Assembly (NCBI RefSeq): GCF_006345805.1
Contig: NC_042997.1
Location: 195,052,001 to 195,116,000 of the forward strand
Source: Octopus sinensis
Taxonomy: Eukaryota
Direction of reading: 5' to 3'
Length of the DNA: 64,000 nucleotides
The stretch's first letter is position 1, and each line of letters opens with the position of its first letter. Below are positions 23,123 through 36,600 of the stretch, piece after piece. A program made the position numbers and the translations under genes. Below the pieces are notes generated by a model. That model saw only the letters and a program-made list of their open reading frames with translations. It had not been told where the DNA came from and did no database searches.

Positions 23123-23223
23123 CAGAATCGGGTCTGACCCTTAGCTGTATCGTATGTATCAGGGTCAGATTTGCACGAAAGAATTTTTTTCCCTTTTTTT
23201 TTTTTTTTTTTTTTTTTTACTAA

Positions 23224-23284
<61 letters not shown>

Positions 23285-23303
23285 GTATGTATATATGTAT
23301 GTA

Positions 23304-24597
23304 TCAGGTCATCCCATAAGTTCTGTCTGAATTTTGAATAAAGTAAACAAGTGATCAGATGCTATATTTAATTGAAATTTAATCATCAATGTATACTTTT
23401 CCTGATTATCTATGACTTATTTCCATCTATTTACAAGCTTTTTAATCCCATCAATGTAAAACTCTTTTGGTTTCAAAGCAAAGAACTCTGAAATGTCAGT
23501 TTCAATCTCCTCCTGGCTTGCTAAAGTTATGGCCTCCAAATAATTCTGTAAACTACGAAATAAATGGTATTCTGAAGGAGCAAGGTCTGGAGAATAAGGC
23601 AGATGAGGAATTTTTCCCAACCAAGCTCTTCGCATCTTCTGTGATGCGATCTTTCCAGTGTGGGGTCGCACATTGTCCTGATGAAACATCATTCCTTTTC
23701 GATTCACTAAAGCGGGTCTTTTTTCTTCTTCAAAGCTTGGTTCAAGCACTCTAATTGCTGACAGTAGACTTGAGCATTGATTGTTGCATTAGATGGTAAC
23801 AATTCAAAGTGAATTACTCCTTTGGAATCCCACCAGATAGAGAGAAGAACCTTTTTCCCATGAAGTTCCCTTTTCGGTTGTGGTTGAGTTTTTCCCTTTT
23901 ACAAAGCCACTGTTTACAATGTTTAACATTTCAATAGAAGATCCATTTTTCATCACCAGTCATAAGTCTATCCAAAAAGGGTGAAATGAGTTCGCGAGAA
24001 TGGAGAGAAGAGCAGATGTCAACTCAGGATTTGCGGTTTCTTTCAGACAATTCATGAGGCACCCATTTTCCAGGTTTAGAAACCTTTCCAAGTTGTTGAA
24101 GATGACAATGAACAGTTGTATGGTTTGAACTAAGCTTTATTGCCAATTCTTCAACTGATAATGCAGGATTTTCTTCAAGTAATGCCTCAAGGAACTTATC
24201 ATCAAACTCAACTGGATGTCCTGTTTGATCTTCATCTTCAAGGCTGAAATCTTCACTTCTGAATTTTGCAAACCATCTTCTGCAAGTTCTTTCATTCAAG
24301 CATTCTTTCCCATAAACTGAGTGTATGTTTCGAGTCATTTCGGCTGCAGAGTTTCCATTTTTGTACTCATAAAGCATTATGTGCCTTAAATGCTCTTTGG
24401 ATACTTCCATGTGAGAAAGGGTTTTAATCAAAGAAATTTTAATTTTATTATTCTGTAAAATAATATTTAATTAGTTTAAATGTACACAAATGCATAAAAA
24501 TAATTTTTAATTCCATTAGACATTCTAAAATACTATTAAATTTCATTCAATTTTTAATAAAAAGGTAAAATCGGACGGAAGTTATGGGATGACCTGA
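23304..24597 (-). mobile_element. Full-length (1294 bp) decayed mariner element
   Basis: TIR tcaggtcatcccataa..tc.g...atttt with TA TSDs. Transposase from MEVSKEHLRH (24412) through WVPHELS, HQDNVRPH and YSPDLAPSEYHLF, with stops and frameshifts. Confidence 0.95.
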
Positions 24598-25791
24598 TAT
24601 ATATATATATACATACACACACAGGCACAAACACGTGTGCACCACGCACATGCACACACACACACATACATACATACACATCTATATTTATATCTATATC
24701 TGAATATCTACCTACTATCTCTCTCTCTCTCTCCCTTCTGTCTATCTATACATGCATACATACATACATAAATTTATTAGTAGGTTCGCAGGTCAGTTTG
24801 TGTTAGGAGCAGGTTACTGATGGACCCCCTCCCGACATACACACAAAATTTGTATGATTTACCTTGTTAGATAACAAATAAGGGAAATATTTCCGTTTTA
24901 TTATCTTGCACTTAAAGTTGCCAGACAATACCATAAGGGAAAGCTATTGTAAGGTTTAATGTCTATACTTTTAAAATTAGTACAAAATAATTAAATATGC
25001 TGATTATGATAAGTTGATCCACTTTTTGATTAATTTTTTTTTTTGCTAAGATAGACCCAGGTGTGTGGTTAAGGAGATCACTTTGCAACCAGTGGGTTTC
25101 GGTTTCAGTCCCGTTGCATGGCACCATGGGCAAGTGTCTTCTACTACAGCACTGGTCCAAACAGTGTCTCGTGAATGAATCCGGTAGGTGGAAACTGTGA
25201 GGAAGCCTGTTGTGTGTATGTATATTCATATATATAAATATATTATCTGTGTGTGTGTGTTACTAGCATGCAGGGAGGGAGGGCGATAGGGGCAGCACTT
25301 TTAAGGGGGCACCACTTTGGGGTCTGCTGTAGGTAATATATGTTTTTTGTGGGGGTCTAGTGGGGGGAAGCAAACAGAAGACCCACCCCAGGTGGCACAC
25401 ACTCTAGTTACGCTAGCAATGTGTGTGTAATATATATATATATATATATATATGTACTGTGAATGCGATCGATAAAGCCGTGGAAACGTGCATTTGTATG
25501 CCCAAGTACATCAGCTGTAGTGATTGATACTATGTATACGCGAGAGAAATGCACGGTGTCTCAAATTTAGGTTAAATCAGTGTTTCTCAAAGGGGAGGCC
25601 TACGGGACGGTTGGACAAGTTGTTTTGAGAAAATTTGGTTTAAATGTTTGACAACTCAGCACCGTCTATTGGAGGGGGTCGGGCACTTTGCTCGTATATC
25701 TATCTATCTATCTATCTATATATATATATATCTATATATATATATATATAATATATATATATAATATATATATATATATATTATATATATA

Positions 25792-26303
25792 CTAGCAGTA
25801 TCGCCCGGCGTTGCTCGGGTTTGTAAGGGAAATAACTATATAAGCATTTTTAGAGAGTTACTTCCCTTATAGATGCCAATTCAGGCTTTCTTAGCCATTT
25901 TTGTTTTGGTGTCTTCAAGCCATGAAGTCGTTGTTCTAAAAGAACGCTGGTCTCCTTCACAACGCATTACGACGTTGATTTCTTTACACTCCCTTCCCCA
26001 CAGCTTCACGAGGGAGGGAAGGGGGAGAAGCAAACAGGTGCAGCTGTGAGCGTGGACGCCAACTCCGCCGCCATCGACACACGATGCATTTTATGCATTA
26101 AAATGGAATAAAAAATGATGTTAAATTATTTTTAAAATCGTAGACTCATCGTAGACGCGCGCTAATAGCCAGACGGGCTCGATATGAATCACGACTATAA
26201 GATACCCGAATTTGGTTAAAGTGCACCGCAAAATGTGGGAGGAGTTAGGAATCTAAATCGAAGGGGACAGACACTCACACAACTAGAGTTTTATATATAT
26301 AGA
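25792..26303 (-). mobile_element. Non-autonomous Helitron
   Basis: Minus strand 5' TCTATATATATAAAA, 3' cccgagcaacgccggg hairpin then CTAG, inserted in (TA)n. Confidence 0.8.
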
Positions 26304-26569
26304 TATATATATATAATATATATATATATATATAGGACAGACTTCTTTCAGTTTCCATCTACCAAATCCACTCACAAGGCTTTGGTTGGCCTGAGGCTAT
26401 AGTAGAAGACACTTGCTGAAGGTGCTACACAGTGGGACTGAACCCGGAACCATATGGTTGGGAAGCAAGCTACTTACCACACAGCCACTCCTGTGCCTAT
26501 GCCAAAAAAAAATATGCCAAAAAAAAGCACAAAAAAGGAGTTGTTTTGGGATCCACTATTCATCTTCTA

Positions 26570-27162
26570 CTTTAAGATTGTCAGGAAGGCCGAGGGTGTC
26601 TTGGCATCACTCAGCAGGTCTTTTGTTAGCCGCTCTCCAGCCATCTATTTAAAACTGTATACAGCTATGGTACGACCACACTTGGAATTCGCATCATCAG
26701 TTTGGAACCCCTATCTTGCACAGAACATTGACCTCCTGGAATCTGTCCAGAGACGTGCAACCAAACGCATACCCTCCATCAGACACCTACCATATTCTGA
26801 GCGCCTTGTTTCCCTGGCATGGATTCACTGAAGCTCCGGCGTTTGGCGACGGACTTGGTAAACACCCACAAAGTTATCAACCACCTCACCAACAACAACA
26901 CTGAACACCTTTTTGATCTCCATGTGTCTAACACACGTGGACATGCCTACAAAGTCAGAAAACAATACAGCTCCCATGACTTTCGGAAACATTTTTTCAC
27001 GCTCAGAGTTGCTGAAGCATGGAATAAACTGCCTGCGTCAGTTTTGTTTCTGCCATGACACTGCATCTTTTAAGGCCCTCATGCTTTCCGAAATCCGCCG
27101 AAACTACACCTGATTATATATACACTTTAGATGAGTTGTAGTGCACCTGAGCACTGTACACA

Positions 27163-27195
<33 letters not shown>
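26570..27195 (+). mobile_element. CR1-clade LINE 3' fragment (RT C-terminus, 3' UTR, (ATT)n tail)
   Basis: LYTAMVRPHLEFASSVWNPY..LESVQRRATK..YSERL..RRLATDL..TRGH..FFTLRVAEAWNKLP. Confidence 0.92.
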
Positions 27196-28090
27196 TTTTA
27201 ACCCTTTAGCACTTAAACTAGTCATATTAGGCCAAAATACTCTACCTATTTTTCATTCAAGCCAGCCAGACCTGGACTTTCACACACACACTTTGCTATG
27301 TCATTCTAAAAATAAATTTCATCAACAAAAATCTCTAACCTCTGAGATTATGCAGATTAAATCAAAACAATGTGAATAAATAAGCAATGTGAATACTGTG
27401 GAGGCACATGGCCTAGTGGTTAGAGCAGTGGACTTGTGGTCGAGGGATCGTGGGTTCGAATCTCAGACCGGGTGAGGTATGTGTTTATAAGGGAAACCTA
27501 TATGCCAAGGAAATCAGGAAACCGGCCCTTATGAGCCAGGTATGGCTGGAGAAGGAACAAACAACAATCTGAATATTAAAGGATTACGTTAAAAATACTA
27601 CTTATAATGGTTTCAGATTTTTGGCATTGGATCAGCAGTTTTTGAGGGCAGAGGAAAGTCAGTCACATTTCCTCGTACTTGTCTGGTACTCTGTCGACAC
27701 AAAAAGGATGAAAGGCAAAGCTGACCTTGGCAGAATTTGAACTCAGAACCTTAAGACAGACGAAATGCAGCTCAGCATTTTGCCCAGTATTCTAACAGTT
27801 CTGCCAGCTCTCCACCTTAACAATAGTGATTCTTCATCCTTTAGCAATCAGGACTGTCAGATTTCCTTGATATACTATTTTACTCTTTTATACCTTTCAG
27901 TCATTTGACTGTGGCCATGCTGGAGCACCACCTTTATTGAAAGAAATCGACCCCAGGACTTATTCAATGTAAGGCCTACTACTTAGTCTATCGGTCCCTT
28001 TTGCTGAACTGCTAAGTTTTGGGGATATAAACACACCAGCATTGGTTGTCAAGTGATGGTGGGAGGACAAACACAAACACATACAAATAA

Positions 28091-28162
<72 letters not shown>

Positions 28163-29215
28163 ATATATATATACACGATGTGGAGGCGCAAAGGCCCAGC
28201 AGTTAGGGTAGCAGACTCTCGGTTGTAAGATCGTGGTTTCGATTTCCAGACCAGGCGTTGTGACTGTTTATTGAGCGAAAACACCTAAAGCTCCACAAGG
28301 CTCTGGCAGGGGGTGATGGCGATCCCTGCTGTACCCTTTCGCCACAACTTTCTCTCACTCTTTCTTCTGTTGGTCTGCTCACTTAGCCAGCAGGGTGGCA
28401 TCATTTGAAGGCTAAAACAATGCAAAGCGCATTGTGACCAGCGATGTGTAGCAACGTCTGATAGCCTGGTCGGTCACATGTGATCACGGGGATATACATG
28501 GCAGGCTTCTTTCAGTTTCCGTCTACCAAATCCACTCACAACGTTTTGGTTGGCCCGAGGCTATAGTAGAAGACACTTGCCCAAAGTGCCATGCAGTGGG
28601 ACTGAACCCGGAACCATGTGATTGGTAAGCAAGCTACTTACCACAAAGCCACTCCTGCACCTATATTGAAAAGAATAATATGGCTTATAATAGCTCTTTC
28701 TTTCAAACGCAAACAAAACATGTAAGTCCTGTTTGTTAATGGACGACAGAGAAAGGAATGGTGATAAACAGGGATTTCCTAAAGGCCAAGAACAAAAGGT
28801 TTCAATAGCTGTAACAACAACAAAAACAACAACACTTTCACTATTAAAACCAGCAATGGCAATAAAAATAGTTTTTAACAATTGTATATTTTATAAGAAA
28901 GTGAAAATTGTGTTAATCTGACAAATTCTTAACTTACATTAAACTCACTGCTTTGTTACTTGCCCTAATTTTAATGTTGTTGTTGTTTTAACCCTGGGTC
29001 AGCTCTGATTGAGCAAATCATCCTGCTGTAACCATTCTGTCTTTTTTACCTTCTGTGCAAGGAGCCTAGAATGGCATTGTCCACCTTGTCCTTTTCTAAA
29101 GAAGTTTGGGTGTGATTTGAAGGAAGTTGCAACATTCAACTTGTGTGTGTGTGTGTGTGTGTATGTGTGCATGCGCACGTGTGTGCATGTGCATGTGCAC
29201 GTGTGTGTGTGTATG

Positions 29216-29264
<49 letters not shown>

Positions 29265-29705
29265 AATATAAGAGAGTGGTCACTATATGGCTCACTCTAG
29301 CACCAGTTAATCCAAAAGGTTTCAACCACAAAAATACATGTTTCCCATGAAATTCAGTACGATTGTTAGCTCACACGAACAGGGCAAATAAAAAATAACA
29401 AAAATACAGATTATTTTGAGACAATTGTTTCGCTATTAATGAATTATATGTAATTTTACTTACAAAAAAATCCACTTGTAGCTCCTCAGCCAAAACTATC
29501 TGGATGAAATCCACTCATATTTCTTTACTGCTCACAAGGGGCTAAACATACAGGGGGAAAACAAGGACAGACAAAGGGATTAAGTCCATTACATTGACCC
29601 CAGTGTGAAACTGATACTTTATTTATCGCCCCCGAAAGGATGAAAGGCAAAGACGACCTTGGCGGAATTTGAACTCAGAAACGTAACAACAGACAAAATA
29701 CCAGA

Positions 29706-29749
<44 letters not shown>

Positions 29750-29927
29750 AAAATATTAGGGAATAAATCCAAATTTACAGGGAAAAAAAATCAGATTTAG
29801 GATTAAATCCAATTTTATAGTAAAATATTATAAAATATTATTAGAGACAAAACCACTATTTTGCAAAACAAACAAAGGAAAGCCTTAATCAATACATAAA
29901 ATTTTAATAAATAGTCAAAAAAAACCG

Positions 29928-29969
29928 CCACTACAATCGTTCTTGTCTTGATCGACAATCTTCAGGTGG
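29928..29969 (-). ncRNA. Minimal type I hammerhead ribozyme (left arm)
   Basis: Minus strand: ccac-CTGAAGA-ttgtc-gatcaa-gacaa-GAAC-gatt-GTA-gtgg. One A is missing from the GAAA run, possibly a homopolymer error. Confidence 0.7.
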
Positions 29970-32900
29970 ACTTCCAATCTAAAAAAATCAAAATTTTAAA
30001 ATATAAAAATAATAATTTTAAATAATTAAAGTATAAATGAAAAAAATAAGTATATAATCCATATATAACCTATATATAATCCATATCGAAAATATAGACA
30101 AATTACCACGAATTCCCTAAAAAAAAAAACCATGATAAAACAAAACTCTTAAAAAACATATAACGATAAAATCTCCCTTTGCTAAACTCTATAACAAACC
30201 TATAAAGTAATCCCCCTAAACCTAAACATTCCACACAAATACACACACGTAAACCACAGACTCACGACTTATACACATACCTATACTAACTTATAAACCT
30301 CAATATACACCAAAACCCACTCCCTCCCCCACAGACAAATTAACACATACATCCCAAAACCTAAAAAAAAACCCATATACACATTCACACACAAACACAC
30401 ACTCACACGCAAAACACTCACACACAAAAGATACATATACTCCCTCACATATACGCCTATACATACTCACTAAACTCGACATATACAACAATACTTACAC
30501 ACCACACAAAAAAATATATACATTTATGAGCTTTAACTCACCTTAGCAGCTCTAACAAACAACTTGCAGTAACCCAATCCCATTCTCTATGCCTACCTCA
30601 CTACTACACTATTCCATTCACAATTCCAAGCAACGCTAGTCCACCACCCGGTTATTCACGTGGCAAAACGAACACCACTCAAAAATTATGAATGAAACAA
30701 TGTAAAAAAATAACCAACACCTAAAATAGACAAAATACCACGAATTACCTAAAAAAACCATGATAAACCAAAACTCATAAAAGCATATAACGATAAAATC
30801 TCCCTTTGCTAAACCCTATAACAAACTTATATAGCAATCCCCCTAACCTAAACATTCACACACAAATACACACACGTAAACCACAGACCCAAGACTTATA
30901 CACAAACCTATACTAACTTATAAACCTCAATATACACCAAAATCCACTCCCTCCCCACACAGACAAATTAACACATACATCCCAAATCCTAAATAACAAA
31001 CCCAAATACACATTCACACACAAACACCACACACGCAAAACACACACACACAACAGATACATATGCTCTCAAATATACGCATATACATACTCACCAAACT
31101 CGATATATACAACAATATTTACACACCCACACTCATACAGATAAATAAATTAATTATACAATTAAAAACTCACAACCAATCTCATATACATAAACACTCC
31201 TATGAAAACAACATTAAATACATCGTAATTAACCAGAATATCAAAACTAACAATAAGACATAAGGATAAATCGACGCAAGTGCGTGAAGCACATGAACAT
31301 AATTAGTGCGTACAACCCCTAATACACACTAATATTTACGTATCAAGCTCGACCTCCACAGCGATAAGTTTACACCCACTCACACCCAGATGGGTGAATT
31401 GCACAACCAGTGAATGCTCACACATACGGGTGCGATTACATTGTTGCATATATCGAGCCAAAAATAGTATGCATATGTACATGTGAGGGGTACACGTAAA
31501 TGAAGTGAGCGTGTACCCCCTGTATTTATACCGTGCGTGAATAACACATGGAGACTACCACACAGGTACAAATGTGTTTAGAAATGGGAGCCCCATCACT
31601 ACACTTAATGTATACTCTCACCCATCCGCACGGATGTGTAAGTGTATCTCCGGTGTATATGTTGAGGCTATATTGTAGAGTTGTTGAAGGGAACGTCGTT
31701 TAAATTGTGAATGAATGGGTAGAGTTGGGAATTGTAACCGGGTGGTGGACTAGCGTTGCTTGGAATTGTGAATGGATTAGTGTGGTAGTGAGGTAGGCAT
31801 TGAGAATAGTTATGGGTTACTGCAAGTTGTTTGTTAGAGCTGCTAGGGTGAGCTAAAGCTCATAAATGTATATAATTGATTTTTCATGGTAGTTTTTAAA
31901 GAATCCATTCATAATAAATTTTTTTTTTTTTAAGTAGCGTTGGTTTGCTACGTGGATATAGTTTTTAGTTCCATTTATTATATTTCTCCATTCATACTAT
32001 GAATGACGTTACTTTCTATGGCGCGTATTCTTTTTTTTTTTTTTTTTTCTCTTTTTTTTACATAAGTTATTCCATGGTAACGTATTTTTGTTTGTTTTTT
32101 AACGGCTAAGAATCTAATTTCACTTCATAAATTTGTAACTGAATTGTAAGTATGTATTTGATTTATCCTTATGTCTTATTGTTAGTTTTGATATTCTGGT
32201 TAATTACGATGTATTTTAATGTTGTTTTCATAGGAGTGTTTATGTATATGAGATTGGTTGTGAGTTTTTATTGTATAATTAATTTATTTATCTGTATGAG
32301 TGTGGGTGTGTAAATATTGTTGTATATATCGAGTTTGGTGAGTATGTATATGCGTATATGTGAGGGAGCATATGTATCTGTTGTGTGTGTGTGTGTTTTG
32401 CGTGTGTGTGTGTTGTGTGTGAATGTGTATTTGGGTTTGTTATTTAGGATTTGGGATGTATGTGTTAATTTGTCTGTGTGGGGGGGAGTGGAATTTTGGT
32501 GTATATTGAGTTTATAAGTTAGTATAGGTTTGTGTATAAGTCTTGGGTCTGTGGTTTACGTGTGTGTATTTGTGTGTGAATGTTTAGGTTAGGGGGATTG
32601 CTATATAGTTTGTTATAGGGTTTAGCAAAGGAGATTTTATCGTTATATGCTTTTATGAGTTTTGGTTTATCATGGTTTTTTTAGGTAATTCGTGGTATTT
32701 TGTCTATTTAGGTGTTGGTTATTTTTTTACATTGTTTCATTCATATTTTTGAGTGGTGTTCGTTTTGCCACGTGAATAACCGGGTGGTGGACTAGCGTTG
32801 CTTGGAATTGTGAATGGAATAGTGTAGTAGTGAGTAGGCATAGAGAATGGGATTGGGTTACTTGCTGCAAGTTGTTTGTTAGAGCTGCTAAGGTGAGTTA

Positions 32901-33463
32901 AAGCTCATAAATGTATATAATTTTTTGTGGGTGTGTAAGTATTGTTGTATATGTCGAGTTTAGTGAGTATGTATAGGCGTATATGTGAGGGAGTATATGT
33001 ATCTTTTGTGTGTGAGTGTTTTGCGTGTGAGTGTGTGTTTGTGTGTGAATGTGTATATGGGTTTTTTATTTAGGTTTTGGGATGTATGTGTTAATTTGTC
33101 TGTGTGGGGAGGGAGTGGGTTTTGGTGTATATTGAGGTTTATAAGTTAGTATAGGTATGTGTATAAGTCGTGAGTCTGTGGTTTACGTGTGTGTATTTGT
33201 GTGTGAATGTTTAGGTTTAGGGGGATTACTTTATAGGTTTGTTATAGAGTTTAGCAAAGGGAGATTTTATCGTTATATGTTTTTAAGAGTTTTGTTTTAT
33301 CATGGTTTTTTTTTTTTAGGGAATTCGTGGTAATTTGTCTATATTTTCGATATGGATTATATATAGGTTATATATGGATTATATACTTATATTTTTCATT
33401 TATACTTTAATTATTTAAAATTATTATGTTTATTTTTAAAATTTTGATTTTTAGATTGGAAGT

Positions 33464-33505
33464 CCACCTGAAGATGTCGATCAAGACAAGAAACGATTGT
33501 AGTGG
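33464..33505 (+). ncRNA. Minimal type I hammerhead ribozyme (right arm)
   Basis: ccac-CTGAAGA-tgtc-gatcaa-gacaa-GAAAC-gatt-GTA-gtgg. The consensus with the left arm gives a 5-bp stem II (ttgtc/gacaa). Confidence 0.75.
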
Positions 33506-33592
33506 CGGTTTTTTTGACTATTTATTAAAATTTTATGTATTGATTAAGGCTTTTCCCTGTTTGTTCTGAAAATAGTGGTTTTGTCTCTAATA

Positions 33593-33649
<57 letters not shown>

Positions 33650-36600
33650 TATATATTATATATATATACATATATATATATTACTTAATCATATCGAAGG
33701 GAAATGGAAATTGATAGAAATTTTCACTTCCAGTGGCCTAGCGTGTAAAAATTTAGACCAAAGACTATGTATTACTCATAAAATACAGTGTATATTTAAA
33801 CACATACGAGGAATCTACTCATGAGATTCAACATGCTAGAAAGAACAGCTCGGTTCTATAACCACAAAATTAGGGATAAAATCCGACAGGAACGAAATGA
33901 AAAAATAAAAACTTTTACCATCTAGTTTCCTGGACCAACATATATGGGGTGGGACAAACAGAGACACACAAACATATATATATATATACACACACACATG
34001 GCAGGCTTCTTTCAGTTTCCATCCACCAAATTCACTCCCAAGGCTTTGGTTGGCCCGAGGCAGTAGTAGAAGACACTTACCCAAGGTGCCACACAGTGGG
34101 ACTGAACCTGGAACCATGTGGTTGGGAACCAAGGTTCATACCACACAGCCACACAGTTTTAATTGTAAAAATGCCTGATTTCAGAAATTAATTAAGAAAG
34201 TGAGCCTGGGGTTTAATTGTTCAGTTTATACTCTATTTTGGGGTTCAGTCTGGTTTTAGTGGTGACATTAATTAACACCATCATTACTTGTCTCATAACA
34301 AAATTATGTGCCTAAATTTTCTTTAAAATAATGATTAAATTATTTACAAGATTACAGAATTGCTTTAGTGATGCTTTCATTATATTGGTAAGGGAGAGTT
34401 CTAGTCTGTAGTCTTCTAAATGGTAAAATAAAAGAATACTCCTGAAGAGATCACTGAAGCAAAAGGTGTACTATTCAATATTTATGGATTTTTAGATGTT
34501 CTTATATTTTGAAGTAAAGTACTAGACAAGGCTGTCGATCAATTTATCCATCTATTTACCAATAGTAGTCTTGATCAGATAATGGCTTCTCATTTCAAAA
34601 AAGATATGTTAAACATAAAAACAGCTATAAACATCACAGAGAATGTAGGCCTGGTACTCCGTCGGTTATGATGACAAGGGTTCCAGTTGAACTGATCGAC
34701 TGAACAGCCTGTTTGTGAAAATAATGTGCAAGTGGCTGAGCACTCCACGGATACATGTACCTTTAGCGGAGTTCTCAAGGAGATTCAGCATGATATAGAG
34801 TTTTTTTTGCTTCATCCTTTTTGAAGGAACAGTTATTTGTTCCTTCTCGAGCCACGCTTGGCTCATAAGGGCCAGTTTCCCGGTTTCCTTGGCGTATAGG
34901 TTCCCCACCTGGATGAGATGCCAGTCCATCGCAGGTGAGCTGCAAGATGCAGGAGGAAAGAGTGAGAGAAAGTTGTGGCGAAAGAATCAGCAGAAGTTCG
35001 TCATTACCTTCTGCCGGAGCCGTGTGGAGCTTAGGTGTTTCGCCCATAAACACACAAATCACCCGGTCTGAGATTCGATCCCTCGACCGCGAATCCGCTG
35101 CTCTAACAACTAGGCCATGTGCATCCACTTGATATAGAGTGTGACAAGGCTGGCCCTTTGAATTACAAATGCAACTCTATTTTGCCAGGTGAGTAGACTG
35201 CCTTGCTCAAAGACACAAAGTGTTACTGGGAATTGAACTCCGGACCTTACAATCACGAGTCAAATACCCTAATCCACAGACAATGTAACAGACAAGGATT
35301 CCATGATGAAATTGCTGAAGATTTTCCTTTTCTATTCTGGGATGCACCTGGATACATCATCACTGATGTTTCCTGGAGTCATTAGGTGTTTGGGGATTTT
35401 CAACATCAGACCCCTTCAAACAGGTCGATCAATCCCCCACCGAGGTTGATCAATCCAGAAATATTAGCAAGACCTCACCCCTTCCACTTCTTTATTAATG
35501 AGAAGACATAAAATTCTGTAGCCATATAATTCTTCTGTCTTAAACCTGGCTTTTGACAGCTTTAAAACCATTTTAATTTTATGAAACATAAAAATAAAAT
35601 ACGAGAGATAATTTATAAGATTTTTAATTACACCATCTTACACATGTTTCATTAACACATGGTAGTTATTGGTAACACAGTACAGATTATATGATCAATA
35701 CTTACTGTCAATTCATTGGTGACTGCTAACATTTCTGCCAGCTCTCCACTTTTAATAATCTTTTCTACTCTAGGCACAAGGCCTGAAATTTTGGGAGAGG
35801 GGGCCAGTCATTTAGATCGACCCCAGTATGCAACTGGTACTTAATTTATCGACCCCAAAAGAATGAAAGGCAAAGTCAACCTCGGCGGAATTTGAACTCG
35901 GAATGTAAAGACAGACAAAACACTACTTAGCATTTCGCCCAGCATGCTAACATTTCTGCCAGCTCACCACCTTAAAAGAACTGATTACATGGATAATGTA
36001 GTTCTAGGTGTGCCTTAAAAAACTGGATGGTCGTGGATGGAATTTCAATGATCATAGGTCTAGTCAGAGTTAGCCTGGGGGCAAAACAACAACTGCAGAG
36101 AAAAAAAGAAAGAAAAAAATTCCCATGCAACAGAATCTGATATTGTTTGTGACATGGTATTCCACTTCCAGGATGTAGTTCTTTAGCTTTTATGACTGAC
36201 TTAAATACTCTGAAAAAAAAATCTGAATGCCTTTCAATCCCAATTTTTCTTTAATCTGAAATTATGTTAGGGTTGCGAGCTTGTAGAAATGTTAGCACAC
36301 GGGACAAAATGCTTAGCGGTATTTCGTCTGTCTTTACGTTCTGAGTTCAAATACTGCCGAGGTTGATTTTGCTTTTAATCCTTTCAGGGTCAATAAATTA
36401 AGTACCAGTTACGCACTGGGGTTGATATAATTGACTTAATCTGTTTGTCTGTCCTTGTTTGTCCCTTCTTGTGGGTAGTAAAGAAACAGGTATTTCGTCT
36501 GTCTATATGTTCTGAGTTCAAATACTGCTGAGGTTGATTTTGCCTCTCATCCTTTCAGGGTCGATAAATTAAGTGCCAGTTGCATACTGGGGTAGATCTA

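Larger units (their letters stand above)
29745..33600. mobile_element. Fold-back Penelope-like structure: ~1.44-kb inverted arms (29831-31272 and ~32155-33600) around a ~0.9-kb spacer
   Basis: Right arm is the near-exact reverse complement of the left arm. Strong A/C versus G/T strand skew, an internal ~630-bp duplication in each arm, an HHR near each outer end, and (TA)n on both flanks. Confidence 0.85.

Noticed and set aside
27399-27475. tRNA-like sequences (also 3440, 28161, 59478, 61516)
   Set aside because: These are SINE heads continuing into SINE bodies, with no complete cloverleaf or Pol III terminator; not called tRNA genes.
30000-33400. Bisulfite-like or hyper-edited appearance of G-poor/C-poor arms
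   Set aside because: The skew is mirrored exactly by the inverted arm, so it is the intrinsic strand bias of one element rather than conversion.
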